The position numbers and the translations under genes were made by a program. Shown piece after piece: positions 28,164 through 36,547 of a stretch of 64,000 nt of DNA. Source of the DNA: a virus (taxonomy: Duplodnaviria > Heunggongvirae > Uroviricota > Caudoviricetes). The notes below the pieces were generated by a model. That model was not told the DNA's origin. It ran no database searches and saw only the letters and a program-made list of their open reading frames with translations. Location: IMG/VR virus record IMGVR_UViG_3300029922_000006. One strand, 5' to 3'. Position 1 is the first letter of the stretch. Each line of letters begins with the position of its first letter.

Positions 28164-28229
28164 ATTTTCTCCTTAAATAAGTCTATCTAGAAAAGGCACC
28201 ACCCGGAGGTGATGCCTTCAAAGATATAC

Positions 28230-29483
28230 TTAGTTGTCTTCAGACTTGTTTGCTGCAGCAGGCACTTTAGTGCGTGGAGCTTTAGCAGGTTGATCTTTGT
28301 TCATGCGATCGTTCAAATCCATGAAGGACTTAAGACCGATTGCGTCGAAGGGGTTCATTGCCGATTGACCGTTAGATCCACCGCCGATTACCATCATGCC
28401 TGGGAACTGAACACCAGCAAGCTCATGTGCTACACCGATGCGAGTCTCTTTGTCGATCGTCGCACGCTCAAGGGGAGTAAGACCTGCTTGAACTTTGAGG
28501 CGGTTAACTTCAGCAAGAGCTTTACCGTTCGTTACTTCAGCCGCAGCATCTTGTTCAGCTTGTTTGCGTTTCAGCTGAGATACTTCGAACTCTTTCTGAG
28601 CGATAGTGACTTCTTTGATCTTCTCAACTTCTTGCTTAGCTTTCTCAATCGCGATCTGAGCATTACCTTGTTCGCGTGCAGTGATCGCATCTTGCTTAGC
28701 TTTTTCAGCGTTAGCTTTAGCGACAACTTTCATCTGCTCAGCTTCTTTTTTCTTCTGGATCAGAGCATCGATAGTCTGGTCGAAGTCGATGTCTTTGATA
28801 ACGAACTGGATGATGGTTACGTTATAAGCTTTGAGCGGAGAGATCTTGCGAACAACTGGCTGTCCAGCTTTGTCAAGCTTGATGTTGACTTCACGAGTCA
28901 CGAACTCATTGCCGTCTGCATCTTTCTCTTTGAATTCCTTAGCTTCAGTCTCGTAGATCCCGTTCTTTACTTGATCTTCCACAAGTGAAGTGAACTCAGA
29001 GCGACGAGTAGAGTACGACTCTTCAGCGCGCATCAGAGTAGCCGTCTGCATCAAGGCTTCAGCAACAGTCTGACGAATCAGATCGTGCTTGACGCGCTCG
29101 TAAGACTTGAAGTCTTTATGCAGGAGCTTCTGAGTCTCAGGGTCAGAAGGTAGACGGAATTTGATGCCGCCAGACACCTTCGCAGTACCGCCGTCGTTGA
29201 AGCGAATGTCGATCGTGTCTGACTCAGCACCTTTGCCGCCGTCAAGATCTGACTTCGAGAAGTAGTACATGTCCGACACGTGGTAAGTTGTTACGTTACC
29301 GAAGAGCTTCAGATACGTACCTGACTCATTGTGAACAGTTACATCACCAGTAACAGCTGCCTGTTTAATCTGATAATAGCCTTGGTCATTCGTCGTGAAC
29401 ACTTCACGTCCGACCGTTGCCAGGATAAGAACTGCGACCAATCCGCCTACGGCGAGACCAATCAATTTAACTCGTGCGTCCAT
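28230..29483 (-). CDS. SPFH/band-7 (HflK/C, flotillin-like) membrane protein
   Basis: N-terminal TM helix, SPFH-like core, then a long Ala/Glu/Lys-rich coiled coil (KKEAEQMKVVAKANAEKAKQDAITARE...). Confidence 0.65.
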   Translation of the reverse strand: MDARVKLIGLAVGGLVAVLILATVGREVFTTNDQGYYQIKQAAVTGDVTVHNESGTYLKLFGNVTTYHVSDMYYFSKSDLDGGKGAESDTIDIRFNDGGTAKVSGGIKFRLPSDPETQKLLHKDFKSYERVKHDLIRQTVAEALMQTATLMRAEESYSTRRSEFTSLVEDQVKNGIYETEAKEFKEKDADGNEFVTREVNIKLDKAGQPVVRKISPLKAYNVTIIQFVIKDIDFDQTIDALIQKKKEAEQMKVVAKANAEKAKQDAITAREQGNAQIAIEKAKQEVEKIKEVTIAQKEFEVSQLKRKQAEQDAAAEVTNGKALAEVNRLKVQAGLTPLERATIDKETRIGVAHELAGVQFPGMMVIGGGSNGQSAMNPFDAIGLKSFMDLNDRMNKDQPAKAPRTKVPAAANKSEDN

Positions 29484-29549
29484 CTATAAAACTCCTTTGT
29501 ATGAAAAGGCGTTAGCGTTCAAATTTAATTACAATCAGGACAGGTTCTA

Positions 29550-29807
29550 CTATCTCCAAACAGTCCATGTCACTCGCTTCTGTTCAGCAGGTGGAAGATG
29601 TTCAGTATAGAAGGCGACCATAGATTCGTATGTTCTAGATAATAGACCTTGAGCGGCAATATAGTCACAGCAATCAGACGCCTCTTGAATAGTCATGTTG
29701 CAAGAAGATGCAATCTTGTTCATTCCTGGTTTAGCTTTCCCGTGCTTACTAATGATGCCTTTAAGGTAGGCCTGAACGATATTAACTTTTACTTGACAGA
29801 TAGCCAT
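29550..29807 (-). CDS. hypothetical protein
   Basis: 85-aa ORF upstream of the tRNA cluster. Confidence 0.4.
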   Translation of the reverse strand: MAICQVKVNIVQAYLKGIISKHGKAKPGMNKIASSCNMTIQEASDCCDYIAAQGLLSRTYESMVAFYTEHLPPAEQKRVTWTVWR

Positions 29808-29937
29808 ATAAAATCCTTTGTGATGAGTTGTGTGATTGGATTTTACAGATTAAAAGAATGGAGTCCCACCGCGGTAATTCTCCGCGTTATCTGGGTTTGC
29901 AAGCCAGAACATTAATTTTATGTTAGAGGGACAAGAG

Positions 29938-30025
29938 TGGAGGAGAGCAACGGACTTGCACCGTAAACCTCGAAAGGTCCGTGTTGCTTAGCAGGCAAAC
30001 CCAGCGCTTCGCCGGTTTACTCTCC
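29938..30025 (-). tRNA. tRNA-Ser(GCT), type II
   Basis: 88 nt. Acceptor GGAGAGT/GCTCTCC plus T and CCA; anticodon loop CTGCTAA (as E. coli Ser-GCU CCTGCTAAG); long variable arm GACCT-ttcg-AGGTT; atypical T loop TGCAAGT. Confidence 0.65.
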
Positions 30026-30026
30026 A

Positions 30027-30096
30027 TGGTAGACCTATGAGGAGTCGAACCTCGTTAGCTAGATTAGAAGTCCAGCGACCTTCCTTTGGTAGGTCC
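30027..30096 (-). tRNA. tRNA-Arg(TCT)-like with truncated D arm
   Basis: T arm GAGG-TTCGACT-CCTC; acceptor GGACCTA/TAGGTCT plus A and CCA; anticodon stem GCTGGA/TCTAGC with loop CTTCTAA. Only 13 nt are available for the D arm. Confidence 0.4.
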
Positions 30097-30103
30097 ATAA
30101 AAC

Positions 30104-30180
30104 TGGTACTCGAGGTGAGACTTGAACTCACACTGTGCAGGGTTTAAGTCTGCTGCCTCTGCCAGTTGGGGTAGTCAAGC
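30104..30180 (-). tRNA. tRNA-like, anticodon TAA (Leu-like, short variable arm)
   Basis: Acceptor GCTTGAC/CTCGAGT plus A and CCA; U8 A9; T arm GTGAG-TTCAAGT-CTCAC; anticodon loop CTTAAAC. Type-I architecture is unusual for Leu. Confidence 0.4.
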
Positions 30181-30368
30181 ATGGTGAGTGATGAAGGAAT
30201 CGCACCATTCGTCGCCTTCCCACATGTTTTATGACAACTGTTTTACAGACAGCTTGCGGGGACATCACTCTTGGAGGAAGGTATCCGATTCGCACGGATG
30301 AAACCCAGTGTTAGTGGGTTTACCAGGGTTCAAGCCTGGCGCAATAATCTATCTCTGCCAACCTTCCG

Positions 30369-30896
30369 TTAAAATTTATTCGACTTCTTTAAGTTCTCTT
30401 CCCTAGGTAAATGTTGTAAATTCCAGGGCACATGTAGTCCACTTACGTTATCACCCTGTAATGGGACTATATGGTCCACATGGTGCCCTTCAGGACGATC
30501 TTTATAAATCTGCTTAATGTCGTCCATATTGACCCATTTTGGAGTTTGCAACTTAATCAACTTTCTTCTCTGTGTAGCATCGATGGACTCTTTCTGTCTA
30601 AATTCTTCGTTGGTTCTGTATTTCTCTCTTCTGAAGAGTTTAGTTCTTTCTTGCTCTGCTGCTCTATATTCTTCGTTATTGTTATAACGCTTTTTCATGT
30701 TTTTTAGATTTTGAGCATTATGTCTAGCTTTAACATTCGGATCTTTTAAAGATTCAGTTTTGCGTTTGGCTGAACTCAAAATTCTCTTTTGTCTATAAAC
30801 AGGATCTGAGTCATACTTCCACTTAATATAATGGTTTTGACAAAACCCTTTACCCTTATGTTTTCTCTCACAGCCTTCAATACTACACTTCTTCAT
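30369..30896 (-). CDS. HNH homing endonuclease inserted in tRNA cluster
   Basis: [26 protein letters not shown] (HNH His-Asn motif); N-terminal Cys-His cluster [19 protein letters not shown]. Confidence 0.7.
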   Translation of the reverse strand: MKKCSIEGCERKHKGKGFCQNHYIKWKYDSDPVYRQKRILSSAKRKTESLKDPNVKARHNAQNLKNMKKRYNNNEEYRAAEQERTKLFRREKYRTNEEFRQKESIDATQRRKLIKLQTPKWVNMDDIKQIYKDRPEGHHVDHIVPLQGDNVSGLHVPWNLQHLPREENLKKSNKF

Positions 30897-31260
30897 AAAT
30901 TCCCATAAAGCGATCTAAAGAGGAGCGACTATACGCGGAGTTCTATCTTTGTGTTATCATCTGTCTTGATGTTATGTTGCCATAACATTCTTTGCCCATA
31001 ACCCGACTGCTAAGCGAGTAGCCTCATCGCAGTCCTATTTATAGTTGCTACACATACCCTGTCGCCCGTTTCACCCGTTAGATTTACCCAACGACTCGTC
31101 TCTGATGCCGTGACTTACCTTACGGTAGGTGGCCGTTAACCACTATGTTACTCTATGTAGCTCCGACGTTCTTCTCTCCAACATTGCATTGGTCGAGCGA
31201 TAACCTGTCGCTCCTCTTTAGATCATAAAATTTTAGTTTCAGAATCCCCTAAGTAAAGTT

Positions 31261-31336
31261 TGGTCCCACCTGTCCGTTCCGCCCGGACCTCTTCGCTTCT
31301 TCAGAGCGACACTTTCACTAGATTGGCTTAAATGGG
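31261..31336 (-). tRNA. tRNA-Phe(GAA)-like with degenerate T loop
   Basis: Anticodon stem-loop TCGCT-CTGAAGA-AGCGA (canonical Phe loop); acceptor CCCATTT/AGGTGGG plus A and CCA; T arm GTCCG-GGCGGAA-CGGAC lacks TTC. Confidence 0.4.
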
Positions 31337-31337
31337 A

Positions 31338-31413
31338 TGGCTGACGAGACAGGGTTCGAACCTGTGACCTAACCGTTAACAGCGGTTTGCTCTACCAACT
31401 GAGCTACACGTCA
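31338..31413 (-). tRNA. tRNA-Asn(GTT)
   Basis: Canonical 76-nt cloverleaf: TGACGTG-TA-GCTC-AGTTGGTA-GAGC-A-AACCG-CTGTTAA-CGGTT-AGGTC-ACAGG-TTCGAAC-CCTGT-CTCGTCA-G-CCA. Confidence 0.85.
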
Positions 31414-31758
31414 ATGAATTATAATGAATGTTTGGATTTAACGTCTCGCGGACTTACGTATTAGTTTAGCTATTAAAGCAACTAAAATACGAAAAATCAT
31501 TAATCGCAGAACGCGATAAATTTGATCTCAAATATGATGTATGAGCGAATGCTTTCATAAGGTCTAGCATACCACAAGATTTAGATTAAGAAGTGAATTT
31601 ATCAACAAATAATTTGTTTGCGCTTATTAGTGGATTTATATGGACGGTAATGTCGCAATAGGTCACAAAGTCATCCCAGGATATAACCTTGAGTTTGAAC
31701 AGTGTGTACATGAGGGCTTTATAGGCAATAATTTTTTGAGAGTTAACTATTCCACCCC

Positions 31759-32226
31759 TCATGCCCAGCTCGGTTTCTGCCGGTTAGTCCACTTGGGAGG
31801 ACGCTTGTCGTGGTTCCACTTGTCTCGAAGAGTTAGCTTATAAGCATCGAATATACCTGTGTTTTTGTAGGTACTGCAGTTTGCAAACGGGGTAATTTGA
31901 CCTGGAGGCATGAGCTTTGTACCACCACAGAGAGTGTTGAAGATGTCGTATGATTTATGTCCTTTGCCAGTACGATTATGACGTTCCTCTACGAGATCAG
32001 ACATGTAGAGAAGTGTCCATCGATAATTCTCACTAGACTCGCGAACCCACACAGCGCAAGGATGATTTACATGCGTAGACTTATAGATATCATTTCCAGT
32101 GTATCCTTGAACACGCATCGCTGTGCTAAGCAACTGTGCGGTCTCGATAATCATCTTGTTGAGACGTAGATCGTCAAGTGCTTTTGCACATTCCATTGTG
32201 TCTTCACTTACAACAAAGATGTTCAT
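31759..32226 (-). CDS. hypothetical protein (possible DNA glycosylase/lyase-like)
   Basis: 155 aa; N-terminal MNIFVVSEDTMECAKALDDLRLNKMIIETAQLL is weakly reminiscent of the bacterial Pyr_excise N-terminus. Confidence 0.4.
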   Translation of the reverse strand: MNIFVVSEDTMECAKALDDLRLNKMIIETAQLLSTAMRVQGYTGNDIYKSTHVNHPCAVWVRESSENYRWTLLYMSDLVEERHNRTGKGHKSYDIFNTLCGGTKLMPPGQITPFANCSTYKNTGIFDAYKLTLRDKWNHDKRPPKWTNRQKPSWA

Positions 32227-32398
32227 AAAACTCCCTAGTATTTCTGTCTTGCTCTCAATTCAGGATTAGCGCGATTGATTGCTTTGAGTGTCCGCCAAGC
32301 AGTGTCACCCTTTAAGAATCCAGACCGCATTAAGAAATGTAACAGTTGTTTCTTCATAAAGAAATCACGAAACGCGTCGTCATTACGAGGACCGAAGC

Positions 32399-32830
32399 TC
32401 ATAACAACTTTAAGTGTTTTGTAAGAGGATCGATGACTTCGGGATAGTCAGGTCCAATAGCTACAGCAGTATATGTTGGAACACCATCGAACTCTGTAAG
32501 TCCTGCATCTTGAATTAGAGAGCAGAGAATCCCAGCAGCTTGCGCCTTATTAAAGATGTCGCGAAGCTCTTCTTCAGAATCTACTGATACGCAGATCTTT
32601 GTGAACTTGCCGTCAAGCCACTCTTGAATGCGCTTGAAACCAAGAGTATCTGCACTTAGGAATAAGCCACCCTCATCTGCGAAATCTGTATCTGGATCAC
32701 TAGGAATAGAACGCGACTCCAAAAGATTAACAATAACTGCCATTGATGCATGAGCACCTTGAGCAACCATCTTGCCCTTGCGCATGTTTAGATCTTTACG
32801 TAAGATGATGACCTGCTTTGGTGCCGACAT
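32399..32830 (-). CDS. pth2: peptidyl-tRNA hydrolase, PTH2 family
   Basis: KQVIILRKDLNMRKGKMVAQGAHAS and GLTEFDGVPTYTAVAIGP. Start set at the internal MSAPKQV with AAGGA RBS. Confidence 0.75.
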   Translation of the reverse strand: MSAPKQVIILRKDLNMRKGKMVAQGAHASMAVIVNLLESRSIPSDPDTDFADEGGLFLSADTLGFKRIQEWLDGKFTKICVSVDSEEELRDIFNKAQAAGILCSLIQDAGLTEFDGVPTYTAVAIGPDYPEVIDPLTKHLKLL

Positions 32831-32831
32831 A

Positions 32832-33122
32832 TTATTCCTTATAGTAAGCGTTCGTCTTATCTGTGTGATCCGTGATATCAACCACATGATTGATAGATGG
32901 ATCAAAGTTCATGATGTGGTTCTTCACCAGCATGTTGAGCGTGTACTTAGCGCCAGCACAACCTCGACATCCGCCGATCATCTTTACATAAGCGATAACG
33001 AAGTAATGTTCAGCATTGTCGCCACGATTTATCTCTGTGATCTCAACACGACCACGATGTTGACCAAGTAGAGTATTTACACTCTCGTCAAGCATCGCTT
33101 GTACTTCTTGAACTGTTTTCAT
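32832..33122 (-). CDS. Nfu/NifU-like Fe-S cluster protein
   Basis: GGCRGCAGAKYTL corresponds to the NifU C-terminal CxxC motif (GACGSCPSSxxTL). Confidence 0.55.
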   Translation of the reverse strand: MKTVQEVQAMLDESVNTLLGQHRGRVEITEINRGDNAEHYFVIAYVKMIGGCRGCAGAKYTLNMLVKNHIMNFDPSINHVVDITDHTDKTNAYYKE

Positions 33123-33329
33123 TTAATCCTTCTTACTTACAGAACCAGTGCCCCTAAATGCAGAAGCTAACAATGCAAACCCAAATGCTTCCAACCAGCT
33201 AAGGTCTGCAAGGTGAAACACTGGAACCATAAATAGTGCCCAGCCAATCTTAATCATGATGAGGCTGATAAGGGTGAATACCACCATGATACCAAGAATC
33301 GCGAACATTGCAGCTATTAACTTATCCAT
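33123..33329 (-). CDS. small two-TM membrane protein
   Basis: 68 aa with two hydrophobic helices. Confidence 0.45.
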   Translation of the reverse strand: MDKLIAAMFAILGIMVVFTLISLIMIKIGWALFMVPVFHLADLSWLEAFGFALLASAFRGTGSVSKKD

Positions 33330-33603
33330 TGTTATCTCCTTTTAATACGGTTTCTTCAAACACGTCGTTTACTGTCATCTTCGTAATGTTTATATCAACA
33401 CCAGAAGTAATCATGATCTCGACATTTTGTAAACCCTTAGTCTTAAGCCATATTTCTAATTTACGGCGCATGTTCTCTATATAGCTTTGACTTACTGCTC
33501 CGCCTTCTGGTGCAGTAAGCGTCATCACTAAGAAATCTCCGTCACTTACCTTCAGGTTTGATATCACTTGGAATACCCCATCTGCTATCTTTAGCAGGAT
33601 CAT
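33322..33603 (-). CDS. hypothetical protein
   Basis: 93-aa ORF; overlaps the HAD gene by 62 nt, so the start may lie further downstream. Confidence 0.35.
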   Translation of the reverse strand: MILLKIADGVFQVISNLKVSDGDFLVMTLTAPEGGAVSQSYIENMRRKLEIWLKTKGLQNVEIMITSGVDINITKMTVNDVFEETVLKGDNNG

Positions 33604-33961
33604 TGATGTCTAGAAAGATAGGAGCTTTCATCCAGGCCGTTGCATGTAAGTCGTCAACATACCAATTAGGCTTATCCATAACTAGATCAACCAGATTCTC
33701 AATGCCGAGCGTCTTAACTACAGACTCAGCCCACTCGTGTCCACCCTGACTCCAGACTACAACCGTATGTCCGCGGGCTTTAAACCGTCTCATCAACTCT
33801 ATGTGTCTAAGGTGAGGAAGAACGAGCTCAGAGCAGGCGCCATCAGGGTTGACTATTGATATAAGACCGACACCGCTTGGGTTTACTGCTTTCCAGTCCC
33901 AGATCACTAGTGTGTCGTCAACGTCAAAGAATACTGATCGTGTAGCTCTGATTACTTTCAT
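33542..33961 (-). CDS. HAD-superfamily phosphatase-like protein
   Basis: FFDVDDTLV (DxDxT motif I); 139 aa. Confidence 0.55.
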   Translation of the reverse strand: MKVIRATRSVFFDVDDTLVIWDWKAVNPSGVGLISIVNPDGACSELVLPHLRHIELMRRFKARGHTVVVWSQGGHEWAESVVKTLGIENLVDLVMDKPNWYVDDLHATAWMKAPIFLDINDPAKDSRWGIPSDIKPEGK

Positions 33962-34296
33962 CTGTTCTTCTTCATACTCTCGACCTGCTTGATCAGATCT
34001 TCAAGGGACATATCGACTGCATCATTAGCGTCGATTTTAAAGGTTGCTTTTGAATTAGCTTTCTTTGTTGTAGTTTTAGTGGTCGTTTTCGACTGTTCGA
34101 ATAACTCAGCAAGAGACTGAGCCTTCTGACGAGCCGTTTGCGGAGGAGCTGGTACAGACTTAGGCGGACGTGAGTTTCTCAATGCCGCACGCTGATCAGC
34201 CTGTTTCTGTTTTGCTACCTTCAAGGCGTCGTGAAACATCGTTACTGCGACACCTACGATAAACAGTACGAATCCGAGGATGATTAGGGTTAACAT
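33958..34296 (-). CDS. membrane-anchored basic protein
   Basis: N-terminal TM helix (LTLIILGFVLFIVGVAV) followed by a Lys/Ala/Gln-rich region. Confidence 0.45.
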   Translation of the reverse strand: MLTLIILGFVLFIVGVAVTMFHDALKVAKQKQADQRAALRNSRPPKSVPAPPQTARQKAQSLAELFEQSKTTTKTTTKKANSKATFKIDANDAVDMSLEDLIKQVESMKKNR

Positions 34297-34838
34297 TACC
34301 AGTCACTCCCACCAGAAGAGTCAGACGATCCACTGTCATAGCTCGAACTATCGTCTGATGAAGATGAATCATCGCTAGAAGAGCTGTCGTCAGAGCTATC
34401 ATCCGATGAATCGTCGCTGTCGTTTGAATCAGTTGTATCTGGAGTAGGGTCGATGTTGTGTTCTGTGTGGCTTGACTCAGCAAGCTCAGAACCTACAAGA
34501 GCGCCTAAAAAGTCTCCACCGATAAGTCCGCCTGCTACAGGAGAACCGGTAAGAGCACCGATAACAGCTGATGTAGCGAAGCTTCCACCACTATCGTGGT
34601 CGTGAAGTTCTTGTTGGTTGTTTGCGTTATTGACTGATGCGTCTTTACGGATCTGATATACGTCTGCGCCGACTGGAAGTACAGGAGTCGTTAAAGGCTG
34701 CTGAGCTTGCTGCTGAGCTTGCTGCTGAGCTTGAAATTCTGCTTCGCGAGCATTCTGAATCTTAACTGCACGTTCTTTGAAGTAAGCGACGATCGAAATA
34801 AAGCCGAATGCACCGGCCAAAATAAGTACTAATTCCAT
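34296..34838 (-). CDS. membrane-anchored protein with poly-Q/A and Ser/Asp-repeat tail
   Basis: N-terminal TM helix, QAQQQAQQQAQQ tract, C-terminal (SDDSS)n low-complexity tail. Confidence 0.5.
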   Translation of the reverse strand: MELVLILAGAFGFISIVAYFKERAVKIQNAREAEFQAQQQAQQQAQQPLTTPVLPVGADVYQIRKDASVNNANNQQELHDHDSGGSFATSAVIGALTGSPVAGGLIGGDFLGALVGSELAESSHTEHNIDPTPDTTDSNDSDDSSDDSSDDSSSSDDSSSSDDSSSYDSGSSDSSGGSDW

Positions 34839-34878
34839 TGAATGCCTCCTGTTGAAGGCATTCTACAATCAGATTATT

Positions 34879-36069
34879 CTATGTCTCTTCTGGTTCTATT
34901 TTAGGTGCTTCTTGAGGCTTAACTGGGTTTGCGTAATCATACATTCCAGGCTTAACAGTAAAATGCATGTGATCAGGTGCTGCGTGGTGCGAAGCCAGTT
35001 CGCGCATTTGTTTATTTGAGCCTGAATTATTACTCTGACCTGGGAGTCTAGATCCTATAGTCTGAATGTGAGATACTGGAACCCATGCAGAGTGAAGATC
35101 GCCGTACGTCTTAGCTGCATCCTCGTTAGTCCACCAGCCTTCGCCTTTGTGACCTACTTTTCCATCTTTAACTTCAAAGAGAGAATCTTTCCAGTCAGGA
35201 CCGTAGTTTTCTTCAGAGGCCGCTTCATCATAGTTCATGCCGCGATGAAGCTTCAAATGAAGCTCTGGCTTACCAGTAGCAGAGTTGGTGCGTGTCTGAA
35301 AATGGCTCTTAGCGTCTGGTTGGCCATTAAAATATTTAACTGCCGCTAACTGTGTTCGCTTTTCCTCTGATGGATCATTAGTACGAGGATTATGCTCTAA
35401 TGTACTAGCACTTCTAGGAAAAAAGTCATCTTCATTCTTGATTGGGTTTACAGGCTTGGGGGCAAGGCGACGCATAGCACCTTTTTCCAAGCCATCAGAC
35501 TTTGGGTCTTCACTCTCCTGGTCGCGATCAAACAGCTCAATAAAGTCAGAGAGACCTTGAGGAGATAGGGACTTGATGAGGTCAGAGAGCTGAGCGTCAT
35601 CTTGGAACTTCGCCTTCATCAGAGTGTAGAGTTCATCTACAGTGATGTCGTTCTTCTTGAGGCGTTTCTTCCAGGCGCGAAGCTTCTTAGGGTCAACATG
35701 ATGACGACCACGGTTAAGCTTCTCAGGGACTGCACGGGTGTTAGATGCTGCGTAGCCCTTGCTGTTATCTTTACGATCTGGAGAGAGTTTCTCGCCGGTC
35801 TTCTTCTCAGCAGTTTGAATCTGCTTCACGATGCTCTTACGTGAACCAAGTCCTGATGACTTCTTAGAAGCCGTACCGTTCTTGCCCTTTTGGCGGCGAA
35901 GAGCGTCATCAGCTTTAGTCTGAGCACGTTGTGAAGAACCTGGCTTCTTCTTAGCAGCGGCAAGTTTCTTTAAGCAAGCTGAGCAGCGGCCACTAGGGTT
36001 TCCCTTAGAGGCAGAGGCGCCACCACAGCGAGGACATTTCTTTTCGAGAACTTCAGTGAATTCACTCAT
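34879..36069 (-). CDS. Lys-rich protein with N-terminal zinc ribbon
   Basis: CPRCGG...CSAC in the first 35 aa; highly basic, low-complexity middle; 396 aa. Confidence 0.5.
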   Translation of the reverse strand: MSEFTEVLEKKCPRCGGASASKGNPSGRCSACLKKLAAAKKKPGSSQRAQTKADDALRRQKGKNGTASKKSSGLGSRKSIVKQIQTAEKKTGEKLSPDRKDNSKGYAASNTRAVPEKLNRGRHHVDPKKLRAWKKRLKKNDITVDELYTLMKAKFQDDAQLSDLIKSLSPQGLSDFIELFDRDQESEDPKSDGLEKGAMRRLAPKPVNPIKNEDDFFPRSASTLEHNPRTNDPSEEKRTQLAAVKYFNGQPDAKSHFQTRTNSATGKPELHLKLHRGMNYDEAASEENYGPDWKDSLFEVKDGKVGHKGEGWWTNEDAAKTYGDLHSAWVPVSHIQTIGSRLPGQSNNSGSNKQMRELASHHAAPDHMHFTVKPGMYDYANPVKPQEAPKIEPEET

Positions 36070-36073
36070 GATA

Positions 36074-36547
36074 CTATTCTACCGCACTATGCTTCTCAAC
36101 ATATTCGGCTAGGCGTCTAATAACTTCAGGATCACTTCTAAGATAACCTTCTGCCCTATTACACGCATCACACAGTAAGCCTCTAATTTTATTAGTCTTA
36201 TGGCAATGGTCAACGGCTAATTGTTTAACGGTTCCATTTTTATGAGTAGAAGTCTCTGGTCTTAAACACACAGCGCATACATAATTTTGCTTTATTAGCA
36301 TTTCATTATATTGAGATAAAGAGATCCCATACAATCTCTTGAATCGAGCGTTATCTCCTTTTCTCGGATTCTGCTTATATAACTCTTTTGCTCTTACAGA
36401 ATAATAGTCTTTATAGTTTTTTCTCACTCTAGCTGCAACACAGATTTTACATGAAGATTGCAGCAAATTTGAATTCTTACCTCTTTTAGAGAATTCGTTG
36501 TTTGGTTTGCTTAACTTGCATTTATTACAAATTTTATGGCCAAGCAT
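36074..36547 (-). CDS. endonuclease VII-family protein
   Basis: LAVDHCHKTNKIRGLLCDACNRAEGYL; N-terminal Cys cluster. Confidence 0.8.
   Translation of the reverse strand: MLGHKICNKCKLSKPNNEFSKRGKNSNLLQSSCKICVAARVRKNYKDYYSVRAKELYKQNPRKGDNARFKRLYGISLSQYNEMLIKQNYVCAVCLRPETSTHKNGTVKQLAVDHCHKTNKIRGLLCDACNRAEGYLRSDPEVIRRLAEYVEKHSAVE

Noticed and set aside
30181-30260. Additional minus-strand tRNA ending ...ATCACTCACCA immediately upstream of the TAA-anticodon tRNA
   Set aside because: No 5' acceptor strand complementary to the 3' end could be found, and the T arm is poor. Treated as part of the tRNA-like remnant rather than a gene.
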